Assembly (NCBI RefSeq): GCF_036321535.1 | Contig: NC_087438.1 | Coordinates: 994,001 to 1,058,000 of the forward strand | Source: Camelus dromedarius | Taxonomy: Eukaryota | DNA length: 64,000 nt | Direction: 5' to 3' | Shown here: in pieces, positions 1-12,881 of the stretch | Position numbering within the stretch: the stretch's first letter is position 1 | Layout of the letters: every line of letters begins with the position of its first letter | Made by a program: the position numbers and the translations under genes | Notes under the pieces: model-generated | Seen by the model: the letters and a program-made list of their open reading frames with translations, nothing else | Told to the model about the DNA's origin: nothing | The model's database searches: none

Positions 1-2769
1 GGGCCAGGGCCAGTTTCATCTTGGCTACTGCCACCCTGGGGGACCTGGGCTGGACGGGCTGCACTCCGGGCCATCACGGAGGGGCAGGGACAGGAGAATC
101 CTGCCAGCTGGGGTCCTGGATGGAGGGTCATGCCAAAGACCTGCCCCTGGGGCAGCATACAGCCCACCTACCTGGGCCCTCTCCCTCCCCACTCTGGGTG
201 ACGGTGCTGCTGACTCCAAAGCTGTGCGCTCTCACCGTCTCTCAGAGACCATCCTGCTGGGCAGTGCGATGCCCTCTGCTCCTCGTACAGAGTAGCCTTC
301 GTTCCTGCGGCATCAGTGGAACCTGCGACCTGGTCACAAATCCACGCCGGCATGACTTAGCTCTTTCCCACAGGGGCGACCTGGGTTTCTAGGTTCTTCT
401 GCCTTCAAGAACCAATGGGAGGGAGAGACATCCCCTCCCCCATCTCAGCGCATCCTTCAGGCCCCCTGCTAATTTCCAACACCCACGTAAGCTGCACATC
501 GGGGCTGACGCCAGGGCGGTTTCACAACGCTCACCCCCCAGAAGCTGGGATTCCACCTTCAGGGGTTGAGAACAGTGGGTCGGCCAGGGTGGGGGCTCTG
601 ACTGCAAGCGCGGGTGTCTAAGTCACCGCGGAGATGTGGATGAGCACCCCGGGGCCGCAAGGGCATGTGTCCTGCACTTCCCGGGACGGCGGTGGCAGCC
701 ACCCCTCCAGGCCCTCCTCCACCCCCCGCACTTGCCCCTCCTTGGGGCCTCTGGGGACCTCGGAACGCTCTCTGCGCAATGGCTTTGTCTTGACCCCCGC
801 GTCAGCGCCCACCTGGAGATCAGGGACTAGCTGGCTTCACGCAGAACACAGGGGGTCTCCTTCAGTTCCACACGTGCCCGGCCTGCCCTGCCTGGAGGGG
901 CCGCTCCCCCAGGGGGGCTACCAGTTGCCTTTGGTGCAAGGGGGTTGGGGGGCAGGGTGGATGCCTCTGAGGATCCGGAAGCAGGAAGCCCCAGAGGGAG
1001 GAAGAGGTGTCCATGGGGAGGGGTCACCATGGACGCTGAGACCTGCAGACCCTCCCTACTGATCACAAGGGCTCCTATTAAAGGTCTGGCCCTCCAGGGG
1101 TCGTGGACAGAAGCAGAGCAGAGGGTTGGCCTCAGGTGTGTTTGTTCCCACATAGTTATGGGTTAGGTAGGTGCACACCAGGCCCTTCCCAGGGTCCCAT
1201 TGTCTCCGCTTGGCAGGTGGAGGGCACAGCCGGCCATCAGCTCTGCAGGCACCCCGGGCAGCAGTGGCCCCACACGCCCGCATGTGCGTCCGTGGATGGG
1301 GATTGGCCTGGACGCTCACTGACCAGCTGTGAGTACTTGGGAGGGGCCCTGGGAAGGAGAAAGCAGTGGATGTGCATGAGGGTTACCGCCCTGGGCCAGT
1401 GGCGGGGGCCGAACCGTCCTGACCGTGTCCCCGCGTGGGCAGTGACTGGCTGGGCTGGAAGTCCAGGGGCATGGTCCCAGCTGCGGCCTCTCGGCTCCTC
1501 TCCCTGGAGGGTGGCCTGTCAGGCTGCCGTGGGCAGTCGTGGTGGGCCAGCTCAGCCTGCACTGCAGCAGAGCCTGCTCCTGGGTCTGGGGGGCGGCAGC
1601 AGCCCCGGCCCGCGGTGCCTCCTCCTGCCGCGGGTTGGAAGCCGGGTTCACAGGTGTTTTCTGGCCCACTTCACTTGCAGCCTGCCTGTGGGTTCTGCCT
1701 CGGCTGCACAAATGTTGTTGAAGGGGCGTCACGGGCCCCGCCGAGAGCTGCGTGGCCGCCCGGCCGATTCCCCAGTGTATCTCTGACTGGGGAGACCTTC
1801 CAGCGGGGCCGCGGGGCCGCGGGAGGCGAGTCTGCCGGGTGGGCGCTGGCCTGTGGAGGACGCGCAGAGACTTCGTCCCTCGGCAGCTGTGGCGTCTCCC
1901 CCGCCCTGCCCTTCTGCCCGGAGAGTCTCCACTGCCCGGGTGGGATCCAGGTGCCGGGGCCAAAGCACGAGGGCCGGGACCTCTGAGCTCCGTCCAGTGG
2001 TAGTAGGGGGGGGGCGCACGCCCCGGGCAGCTGACGGGACAGCCCTCCCGCGGGGGCTGCACACCCAGGTCTCCAGGTCCCAGCAGTGGGGGGGTGGTGG
2101 TGGGGCGTGCGTGTCCCGGGAAAGCCCGGTGTCCATAGAGGGCAGTCTTGGCGCACTGAACGGACGGCCGCCGCGCCCAGGGCCGCTTGTGTTCTCACTT
2201 AGCAGAAAAATGTGCTATAGATTCGCCATTACAGCAAAATCAACATGGCTTTTTTATTAAGAATGTCCCAGAGCCAGCTATTTGTGTTTGTGTCACAGCT
2301 GTGGATGGTGTTCCTTTCAGGACAAACAGCGTTCCCTCTTTGCTGCAGAAGAAGGCTGTGTTGGTTGGAAGTGAGAGCGAGCAGCTGCAAAGCTGAGCCT
2401 GCCTGGACGGTGAGAAAACACTGGGCACAGCCGGCCCCAGATGGAGGGGAGCAGCGGGACAGCGCGTCCACTCTCCGGATTTCCTGGCGGGAAGAGGGAA
2501 GCCCCATCTGCAGACTCGGACACAGAGGCCTGGCCTCTGGGCCAGGGAGAGACGGGCAACGGAGCCTGTCCCATCCCTTGCTCCTCCTGATGCCACCATG
2601 ACCACCATGCCACTGCCAGGTCAGGCCCGGCCAGGGCCAGAGCACCTGCAGGTCCGCTCTGCAGAGTGTCTGGCACTGACCCCAGGAGGCGCGTCCTGGG
2701 GGGCGGCACCTCTGCAGCTCTAGAGGGCAGTCCTTTCACCAAAAAGACCAGGTTGGACCCACCGATGAG

Positions 2770-3070
2770 CCTAATCTTTTAGAGGAAGTTGACGGGCAGA
2801 GAAAGAATTATCAGGGAAGGGAGGGACTTTGAGTAAAGCAAATTGGATGGGGGTGGGCCTCATCCAATCAGCTGAAGGCCTTTAGAACAAAGACAGGTTT
2901 CTCCTCAGCCTGTAACACAGAAGTCCTGCCTGAGTTCCTGGCCTGCCAGTCTGCTCTGCAGATTCCCCGTCAGCCCCCAGCACATCCTGAGCCGCTTCCT
3001 TAGAGTCTGTGTGTAGAAGAACACATACATGACTACTGGTTCTGGTTCTCTGAGAGCTCTGGCTACTTCA
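2770..3070 (+). mobile_element. MLT2-type (ERVL) LTR remnant
   Basis: Contains GGGCCTCATCCAATCAGCTGAAGGCC and a terminal GGTTCTGGTTCTCTGAGAGCTCTGGCTACTTCA, both resembling recalled MLT2B/D consensus; internally deleted. Confidence 0.65.
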
Positions 3071-4874
3071 GCCCTGAGGACACCTGTGTCCTCAGCCAGT
3101 GGGCCAGAGCGAGATCACACGGCCATGCCGAGCTGCTCTGCAGGCCCGGACAGTGGACGTCTCATCTGTCCTACCCCCGAGGTGGGCGGGGGGCGCTGGG
3201 GCGTCTGCTGTGTCCTCTGCGCTCTGCAGTCCACGCAGTCCAGATGCGGTGGGATCACAGAGGACCAGGAGCTCCGAGCTGCCCCTACCCCCCTATGACA
3301 CGAGTCTGGAATGGTCCCGAAAGACCAAGGTGATTTCTGGAGCCCACTTTGCACGCTTGAGAGCTTCACCTGCAGGGACCTGGCTCCAGGTTGTTTTCAG
3401 AACGTTCAGATAAAGGAGAGGAGCGAGCCTTCCCATGACTCATCCGTCCCCCAAATTCTGCTTTTGTTCGATTACCCACGACCTCACAAGGAACGAGGCT
3501 GACAGAGTTTTAAACTCCTTTTGCTCACGGTCATCACTGGCCCTCTATATGGCCAGGTTTGAAGGAACAATACAGTGATTTTAAGAAAAAAGGAAACAAT
3601 TCTAGGTTGAATGGGAAATGCATTCCTAATGAAATCTGTTACGTTTCTAGGTACGTAGTGTCCTCCTATGAGTGAAATGAAACGCTGCGGTGGATCGGGC
3701 ACGCGCGGTTGACCGAGTGCAGCATCGCCGACAGACAGAGGCCCCAGAGCGCTAAGCGAGCAGGGGCACTTCAGAGTCAGCTCCATGTTCTACGCACGGA
3801 ACTTGTTGCCCCACGTGCTGAGAAATCAGGTGGCTTCAAAGGGGGCTCTACTTTTTTTTCTTTTAAAGCAGAAAATCAGGTGCCTCACTTCGGCTAAGCT
3901 ATTGTTTTGGTTGGGAGTGAGAGAAAGAGATGAAAAAACACTTCATTAAAAAGCAGCAAAGCCGATGGAAATTAAATCCTATAAAAATAGAAGCCACATC
4001 TGGACTAACATCTCGAGAGCCAACCGGGTATCTGCACCAATGAAGCACAGCCCTGTCCTAACTCCTGCCAGTTCGCTTGGTGTGACGCAGAAGTGAAGGG
4101 TCCTTCCTGCAGGAAGGACCTGCACCCGGTGGGGGCGTCAGATGGGGCGACACCTGGAGACACGCACCCGGGGGCCAAGGGAAGGTTCCCTGGGGATCTG
4201 TGAAAGCACCTCCGCCTGGTCTGACTGTCGCAGGTGGTGGCCGAGGGGCTGGTCCCTGGCCTAGGGGGTGGGGGTGGCAGCAGAGTCTCTGAGGGTGTGG
4301 TCCGGGTTCCTGCGCCCACCTGGATGGAAGCAAGACCCCTGCTACGGGACCGGGAGCCCACCAGCCCCGGAGGAGGGTGCAGGCGAGACGCCGGGTGGCA
4401 GGAGGCAGGGAGGGGAGGCTCACCTGTCAGGTCAGGGAGCGGCACCCACGTCTGGATTAGGGTGTCCGGGGGAGCCCCGACTCTGCTGTGGTTGTCCAGG
4501 GTCAGCTCAGACTGTTGGAGGCTGCCTGGGAGGCTGAAGGTCCAGGGAAGCCCTGTTTGTCCAGGGAAGGGAGGACAAGGCTAGAAGAAGACGGCTCGTC
4601 TGCCCAGCATAGTGTCCGGGTGCTGGCGACCTGGGGTCCTGAGCTTGCGGTCACAGAAAGAGCTGCAGCTCTGGGCACCGAGCCAGCAAGGATGGGGACT
4701 GACATGGAGCAGGACTGGCAGGGATGGGCGAGCCACTGTGAGGGCAGCCGGGAGGAGTGAAGCAGCTGCCTTGGTCCCTCCGCTGCCCCCGGGCCTCAGT
4801 GACCGCCTCTCAGTGGAGGCCGGACTTCCTGAGGGGATGGCGAGGATGTGCCGCCACCACGATAGTGATGGCCT

Positions 4875-5262
4875 GGTGTCTGGACAGCGTCCACGGGCCG
4901 GCGAGCTGTCCACTGAAGAAGCCAGGACACTTGTTTCTCACAGTCCTGCAGGCTGGATGTCCAAGATCACAGTGCCAGCTGATTTGGTTTCCGATGAGGC
5001 CTCCTTTCTGGCTTTTAGACAGCCACCTTCTCGTCCTCACATGGACCCCTGGCGTGCGCGCAGAGCAAGTGAGCGAGAAAGAGAGTTTCTGGTGTCTCTC
5101 ACGAGCCACCAGTCCCATCAGATCAGGACCCCGTCCTTATGGTCTCATTTATCCTAATCGCTTCCTCAGAGCCTCATCTCCCAGTACAGCCTCACTGGGG
5201 GGCTAGAGTTTTAACTTACGAGTTTGGGTGGAGTGGGGGTTGGGGGTGCACGTTCAACCTGC
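4875..5262 (-). mobile_element. MLT1A-like MaLR LTR remnant
   Basis: TTTCTCACAGTCCTGCAGGCTGGATGTCCAAGATCACAGTGCC...GCCACCTTCTCGTCCTCACATGG...CCCAGTACAGCCTCACTGGGGGCTAGAG matches the reverse of the MLT1A consensus pattern. Confidence 0.7.
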
Positions 5263-5784
5263 AGCTGAATTTCCCACGTAAGAGCCGTCAGCCACGAGGC
5301 CTGGACTCCTGGCTCCTCCGTCAGGTCACAGCTGCCCTGGGCATCCCTTCTGCACCTGTGTCCCCTGTGTCCCCTGTGCCCTGGAGGAGAAGTGCTGGAA
5401 ACCACCCCTCAGACCCCCTTGGTTCACGGCGAATGCCCAGCACAGCGAGGAACCGGGGGTGGAAGGGAGGGAGGAAGGGAAGGGGGAAGGGAGGAGGAAG
5501 GGAAGCTCGTCTCCTGTCACTGGCATCCCAAATCCCGCGCTCCGAGAGCACGGTCATCTGCAGAGACGACATACAGAAGCAGAGGACAGAAAGAAATGGC
5601 GCGGTTCAGCTCATGTGTGTTAGTGAGGTGAAGCCCCGAAAGCAGCGTGGTTGGAAGGGAAGAGAGGGCAGCAGTGCCCACTGACGGAGGGCAACTATCA
5701 CCCCAGCCAGCGGGGAGTGTGCTCCCTGGGTGAGTGGACACAAAGAACAGTTCAGGGCCTGGTGGAGTCAAAAGGAAGGTGCCC

Positions 5785-7010
5785 GAAGCAAAAACAGACA
5801 CACAGATCAACGGAACAGGATAAAAAGTCCAGAAATAAATCCACGCATTTATGGTCAATTGATCTATGACAAAGGAGGCAAGAACACACAATGGAGAAAA
5901 GACAGTCTCTTCAGTAAGTGGTGCTGGGAAACCTGGACGGCTCCATGTAAAAGAATGAAACTAGAACATTCTCTAACACTGTATGCAAAAATAAACTCAG
6001 AATGGATTAAAGACCTAAATGTAAGACCAGATACTATAAAACGCCTGGAGGAAAACATAGGCAGAATTGTCTTGGACATAGATCACAGCAATGTATTTTT
6101 GAACCAGCTCCTGCAGTGATGGAAATAAAAGCAAAAATAAACAAATGGGGTCTAATTAAACTTAAAAGGTTTTGCACAGCTAAGGACACCATAAATAAAA
6201 TGAAAGAGAGCCTACATAATGGGAGAAAATGTTTGCAAATGATGGGACTGACAATGGGCTAACTTCCAAAACATACAAACAGCTTATACACCTTAATATT
6301 AAAAAAAAAACAAGTAACCCAATCAAAAAATGGGCAGAAGACCTAAATAGACACCTCTCCAAAGAAGACATGCAGATGGCCAACAGGCATCTCTAATTGT
6401 TAGAACAACGCAAATCAAAACGACAACGAGGTATCACCTCACAGCAGCCAGAACGGCCATCATTAAAAAGTCTACAAGTAATAAATGCTGCAGAGGGTGT
6501 GGAGAAAAGGGAAACCCTCCTACATCGTCAGTGAGAATGTAAACTGGTGCAGCCACTATGGAGGACAGTACAGAAGTTCCTTAAAAAACTAAAAATAGAT
6601 TTACCATATGATCCAGCAATCCCACTCCTGGGCATATATTCAGAGGGAACCTTAACAAAAAGAAACATGCATCCCAGTGTTCACAGCAGCACTATTTAAA
6701 ATAGCCAAGGCATGGAAACCACCCAAATATCCATCAACAGATGACTGGATAAAGAAGATGTGGTATATTTATACAATGGAATACTACTCAGCCATAAAAA
6801 GAATAAACGAATACCATTTTCAGCAATATGGATGGACCTGGAGATCATCATTCTAAGTGAAGTAAGCCAGAAAGAGAAAGAAAAATACCAGATGATATCA
6901 CTTATATGTGCAATCTAAAAAAAGGGGACACGAACGAATTTATCTACAAAACAGAAACAGACTTACAGACAGAGAGAATAAACTTATGGTTACCAGAGGG
7001 TAAAGGGGGA
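5785..7010 (+). mobile_element. LINE-1 fragment: ORF2 C-terminal region and start of 3' UTR, truncated at both ends, relatively young
   Basis: Translation [49 protein letters not shown]...[20 protein letters not shown] is L1 ORF2p. Downstream lie GATCCAGCAATCCCACTCCTGGGCATAT and ATGGAATACTACTCAGCCATAAAAAG; stops and frameshifts are present. Confidence 0.95.
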
Positions 7011-7139
7011 TTTCAAGAGTGAATGAACACAGTGGAACAGAACTCATATTTAAATCTGTAATTTAAGAAATATAAGAAAAGCCATTCTCCATATTGAAAG
7101 ATGTTATCATGTGTCCAAGAAAATGGACTTGGAACATTA

Positions 7140-8510
7140 AAATCAAATACAAAATTGGTGGTAGGCAGCTAAAATAGCTCTTAGAAGGAAACTTGTAACT
7201 TTAACACCAAAACCAGACATAAAGGAAAGTCTCTCAACAGTTTTCTCCGCTTCCTCCTGGAGAAGCGAGTGAAAGAGGGGTATTGAGGTCAAGGTAAGTA
7301 AGGAAAAAAAGAAATGATAAACGTAGACAAGAAAATCAATGAAGTCTAAGACAGCCAACAGAGAAAAATCTACAAACCCAGAATCTGTTCTTTGTAAAGG
7401 TTGATAAAACTGGTAAGACTTGAACAGAACAGATGAAAAAACAGAAGAAGACAGAAATCACCAGGAGCAGGAGCAGAGGCGGCACCACCCCAGACCCAGC
7501 GGGCACCGAGGGCACTGCGGGCATGGGAGCGGTCCTGTGCTCGAGCACCTGACAACCTGGGTGAGCTGGCACCTTCCGAAAGGCACAAGCTTCCAAAGCA
7601 AACTCCAGGAAAACTAGAAAATGTGCAGCCTTGTGTTTGTTCAAGACAGTGGGTTAATAATTAAATAGCTTCTTACAAAGGAAATAAACAAGTTTTTACA
7701 AAGAAAACGCCAGGCCCCAAATCCCTCACTGGTGAATCCTATCAAGCACATGAGGGGGCGACATCAATCCTACGGAAACGCGTTCAGAAATCAGGGGAGG
7801 TGTCACTTCCACGCGTGTTTTATGAGGTTACTATAACCAAGATTCCACAGCCAAAGACATCGCAAGTTTATGGAGCAGTATCTTCTGTGAATATAAATGT
7901 AAAAGTCATTAGCAAAACACGAGTATGTCAAATCCTGTAACACGTAACAAGATTAATACACCAAGATCCAGCTGGCTGTGTCCTGGGCATGGAAGGCTGG
8001 TCTAGCATAAGAGCAATCAAGGCAGCTCACCACGGTCAGAGGTCGAGGGAGAGCAGCTATCAGCTATTTCAGCAGATGCAATAAGCCACTTGACAAAATG
8101 CAACCGCTGTTTATAACCTTAAAAAACTCTTAGCAAACGAGGAAAAGCAGTTTTTCCAACTGGATCGAGGGCTCTCAGGGCAGCTCATCAGTGCTGCACA
8201 GAGGTCTTGCCCGTGCAATCAGACAGGAACAAGACGCAAGAAGTCAGATTCGAACGAATGAGGGAAGGCGCTGAACACCAGCTGGTCTACACTAAGCGAT
8301 TCCCCTTATGTGAGATCCTTGGCCAAGCCGTGCTGGTGAGCCCAGACCTCGGGCAGGCGGCTGGGGCAGGGGGGGCTGCCGGGAGCGCCCGCCGTGCGGA
8401 GGTCAGTCCCCGTTCCTACAGAGCCCATGTCTGTTTTCTCAGAAGGCTGGGGTAATATATAATAGTTTCCTTTTAACCCTGTATGTGATCTCCGAGTTTC
8501 CAGAAGCAAC
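7140..8510 (+). mobile_element. Older, degraded LINE-1 (L1M-type) ORF2 and 3' fragments
   Basis: Decayed L1 motifs: CAAAATTGGTGGTAGGCAGCTAAAATAGCTCTTAGAAGGAAAC, CCAGGCCCCAAATCCCTCACTGGTGAATCCTATCAAGCAC, AGATGCAATAAGCCACTTGACAAAATGCAAC. Confidence 0.75.
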
Positions 8511-10298
8511 TATGAATTGTGCTTGTAATTCAAAATATCAAATGACCCAGTGCAGTCCCAGAAGTCAGACTATGATCTGCAGTGATCTCATCCTGCAGAT
8601 TCTTAGATCTCCTCCTGCAGAGGAGCGATGTGAAGGCCGCCCGTCTTCCGAGCTGCTTGGGGGGCTCTTTCTAGAAGAGCGATGTCTCAGAACGCACTGG
8701 GGTGAGGGGGGAGGTGGGGTGGGGGGTGGGGGTGCTGGGCTCCGACGGCCATCGAGTTGGTCGGAAACTGGACCCCCAGCGCCGGGGGGGAGGTGCTAGT
8801 TGGAGCTCCTCGCATCAGACCCTGGAGGCGAGGGCCGCGTGCTGTCCTTTCTTCTGCGGTGCAGGGTCCTCACGGGGTCTCTCTAGGACGCAGTCCTCAA
8901 GCTGTCGTGGGTGCGCCCTGGTTTGGGCACATGGGGCTTCCGGGACCTCGCAGTTGGTCCACCTCCGGTGGCTGCCACACCCACACACTCTTTTGGTTTC
9001 TCCCCCAGCGCCCGCCCACCCTGGCCACGGTGGGGGCGGGGAGGGGCAGGCTCAGTCCCATGGCCTCCACCCCTGAAACCCTGAGGGGGACCCAGCTCTT
9101 TTCCTGGGACAGATCACTCTGTCTCCACTTCCCTCTGGCCCTCTCCCCCAGACCCCCACCTGGACGGTCGGGGCAGGACAGGGTGGGCGGCAGTGTCTGT
9201 AAGGACTCCCCGAGCCTCAGAGCACATGGAATCGCCTCCTCCAGGACCTCCCAGAGACAGTGGGCAGGGAGCCCACTGTGAGCACAGACCTTGCCAGGCG
9301 GAGACGAGGGACCTCAGGAGCCTGGCTGGACGTGTGTTAGTTGGGGGTGTGCACTCAGCCCGGAGGACGTGCACCCCTGTTTCACCCAGAGAGCCCCTGC
9401 GAGTCCCCGCGTGGCTGCAGCAGCGAGCGGCCGCTGTGCTTAATGAGACAGAGGGCATGTGCCGCGGGCTGAGCAGTGTGCCCCCCGCCCCACAAAAATT
9501 CCACAGGTGACCCCTGGCCCCACTGCAGCCGTGCTGGAGATGGGCTGTAAGGAGGCCACTGGAGTTAGAGGGGGCGGGCGTGGAGGCCCCAATCCCACAG
9601 GACCCTGTCCTTAAAAGAAGCAGCGACCAGCACACGGACACACAGGGAGGGAGGACCGCTGAGGACGCTCCAAGGAGAGGGGCTGCTGCAGAAGCCAGTC
9701 CCGCTGTAGCCTCGGTCTCGGGCTCCAGGCTCCAGGACGTGGGAACAGAAATGTGTGATGCATGAGCCGCCCAGCATGCGGTTTTCTGTCCTCGCAGCCC
9801 CAGCTGACCAAGCTGGGTGATGACCAAGGAGGACAGTGGCTCGGGGAGTGGGTGGGATCTTGGGGACGTCAGGAGACCCAGCTCCTCACCCGGCCAGGCG
9901 GCGTGGAGTGAGTCTGCTGCTGTCGGTGTCCGATTCTTTGTCTCAGTGGTGGACACTGAAGGACACGGCCCTGCCTCTGCTTCTGCCATCGCCGAAAGTG
10001 AGCGCCATGAAACACCGGCTGGTGCGAGGCCATGCCTGCTAGCCCGGAGCCGCTGCAGAGGCAAGGGGGCCCCACGCAGTGGTAAGCTGGCTCCGAGGGG
10101 CGGCAAAGCGTCAGGTGTCTCCCCGGCTCCAGACGTGCAGGTGTGGAGGCTGGGCTGGGCCTTCCTGAGCCACCCCGGGACTCCCCCGCCCTCCAGCCAG
10201 AATGCTGCTCTTGCGGGGTGACCACAGGCTGCGCTGAAGACTGACATCTGTCCACTGCTGTCTGTCCCAAGCCAGCCCTCTGTCCTGGAGAGGGCAGG

Positions 10299-10577
10299 GT
10301 GTGTGTGTGTGCATACACATGAGTGTATGCACATGGTGCATGTGTGTGGGCGTGTGCACACATGTGTGGCTAGACGTGTGATGTCTGTGCATGTGTACAT
10401 GTTTGCACCTGTGGTGCACACACGGGTGTGTGTGGGCATGTGTGTGCACACGGTGTGTGCGTGCATGTGTGTATGCGTGTGCATGTGTATCCAGTATATG
10501 GCATGTGCACATAAGGGTAGGTGTGTGTGTACATGTGAGTGCATGTGGACACCCACATCCATGTGTGTGTGCATCCG
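10299..10577. repeat. Cryptic (TG/CA)n alternating purine-pyrimidine tract, TG-rich on plus strand
   Basis: About 280 bp of GTGTGTGCATACACATGAGTGTATGCACATG-type sequence. Confidence 0.9.
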
Positions 10578-12611
10578 TGTTGCACGCTGCGGTGCTGTCC
10601 GGGTGCCCTTTCCCAGGAGGAGTGGCAGTTCCAGGTCTCACCCTCATCCCCATGGGCCAGGGGCTGGGTTTCTGTCCCCTAAGCCCCAGGCCCGTTTTCC
10701 CCAGACAGCCAGATAGATCAGGCTGGCTCCACCGGGGGTAACCAGTTCCCCGAACTGACTTGTTTCTCCTGAACACGAGCTGCTGTTTGGTTCTAATGAG
10801 TGGCTTTTCCTAAAGAGAAACAATAACGGCGGGGAACCGTAAGGAGATTCTGCAGACTTGTAATCACACGTGTCAAACACCGCGCCGCGCTTTCCCTGGA
10901 AGGCAGAAGCCCTGGGAAATAACACGGGGCAGGTGCCGCCACGGTGCTGCCTTGACAGAAGTTAATTCTAAACTAAGTGTTCCCTGAAAGGAAAGCGGCA
11001 AACGTTTCTACATGTCGATCATTTGTCCTTGGAGGGCACGGAACAAATACGTTTTTTAATGCGCGACACCGGCATTATTCCGGGTGGCCTCGGGCTATGT
11101 GCTGTTTTCCAGTTTGCGGAATTGGAGGCAAAGAAAACAGCTCCGCATTAAGAGGAACGCGGAGTGCCAGCTAATCGTCGCCTCGTGGAAGTCACCTGCC
11201 AGCAGAGGCACGGGGCCCGGCGCCCGGAGCCGGGGGGAGAGGCCGGAGGCAGCACACGATGGACGGGCCTGAAACGGCGGGTGGCGGCCGTGCTCACTGG
11301 AGGGCTCACTCCCGGATCCAGAGAGGCAAACAGCGCCACCAGAGCGGGGCTCCTTACGGCTGGGGCACCCGCCACCGTCCGCTCACAGCCTCTTCTGCAC
11401 ATCTGGGGAAAGCCAGCTGCACTCCCCTGGGAAAGAGCACAGGGAGCAAATGCTGCACACAGGTTCAGGGGCCACAGAGCCCGGCTCCTCTGGGGAGGCA
11501 CCCTTCAGAGGAGGGCAGTGTCTGTCCTGGGGGCAGCTCCCCTCCCAAGGCCACAGGCCCCACGGGGTGGGTTAGCTCAACCCCGGGTGTCTCCTCTCCA
11601 AACTGGCCTTGGGATGTTTCCACGCTGCGGCTCTGGCTTGCAGCCACGCCCACACCTGCACTTTCTGGGAGAAGCTGGGGGTGGGGGTGCCCAAGAGGGG
11701 CCAAGGTGGGTGCGCAGCTGCTGCCGCGGCAAGCAGGAGTCCTGGCTGGGGTTTAAACTTGGAGGTGCCCTCACTTTTCCTGAGGACTGTGTCTCCATCC
11801 GCCTGCCCTGGAGCCAGGGTCCCGGCCCTCTCAGCCCAGACTCCCGGGGGCCTTCGTCACTGGCCTCCAGCCACCCTCCTCACCCCCAGAACAGTCTGGG
11901 AGGGCCCAGCTCACAGGGCAGACAGTCCCCTGGACCTTGTTGGGGGGGGGACCCCGACAGCGTCGCCCGGGGGACGTCAGAAGCTGACTGGTCCAGGCTG
12001 GGGCACATGTGTCCTCCTGCCCACGGCCTCCTGAGTGCCAGCTCTGGGCCCCCAGGACGGTGCCTGTGGCTTAGGGTGACGGTGCCTGGGGTTGTGAGTC
12101 GAGGAGCCGGAAAATGCAGCCCAGGAATTCCCGCAGAAACATTCTAGATCTCTGCCCTCCCCCTCCCCTCTTCTTCCCCAGGCCCCTCCCCCGGCCCCTG
12201 CCCAGTACCCCGGTTCCTGCAGGGATGTCCCCCTCTCACCCTGCCTCTCCTGCATTCACACATGCCCACAATGTGTGTGCACGTGACTACGGGTCCAGCC
12301 AGGATATGGCCTTGTGGTCCCTTCCTCCTGCAGGCTGGGCCACACTCAGCTTTCTGGCCTGGAGGTGCCCTGACCTCAGCCCTGGGAGAGTCACACTCAA
12401 CCCTGACCAAGTGGAGCGTCTGATCCTTGTCTCAGGAATGTCATGGGGACCCTGAAGGCAGCCCAACTAGGGTGCAGCTGGACAGCAAACCCTTGGGACA
12501 AGCCTGTGGCGTCCTCAGTGCGGGATCTGGCCACTCCACTCCCCTCCCCTCCATGCTCCAAAATCTGCAGTTCGGTCAAAGCAGTTTTCCTCTGCTGTGC
12601 AATTCAGATGG

Positions 12612-12881
12612 GCACACTCATGTACAAACATGTCCACAAGCACATATACCATGTGAACGCACACACGCACACACATGTGCTCATACCACATGCATGCAGA
12701 CACCAACATGAGAACACACACGTACACCTCCCCCCCACAAGCACACCACACAGTGCACACCCACCCGTGTGCATACGCCACACAGCGCGTGAAGGCATCA
12801 CATATGTGCATGTGCATATATGCAGACACACATGTGCACACACGTGCACACGTGTACCACTCACGTGTGCGCACACACACG
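12612..12881. repeat. Cryptic (CA/TG)n alternating purine-pyrimidine tract, CA-rich on plus strand
   Basis: About 270 bp of ACACACGCACACACATGTGC...CACGTGTGCGCACACACAC. Confidence 0.9.

Noticed and set aside
5730..6119. 129-aa ORF with real protein-like sequence
   Set aside because: It is a fragment of L1 ORF2p in a truncated, frameshifted retrotransposon, not a host gene.
9114..10574. 486-aa minus-strand ORF, the longest in the window
   Set aside because: It starts in the TG/CA repeat (His/Thr/Cys/Met low complexity) and continues through stop-poor GC-rich DNA. No recognisable domain, promoter or splice structure.
11164..12147. 327-aa plus-strand ORF
   Set aside because: Gly/Pro/Arg/Ala-rich composition expected from high GC, no domain, non-ATG start, and overlapping ORFs in several frames.
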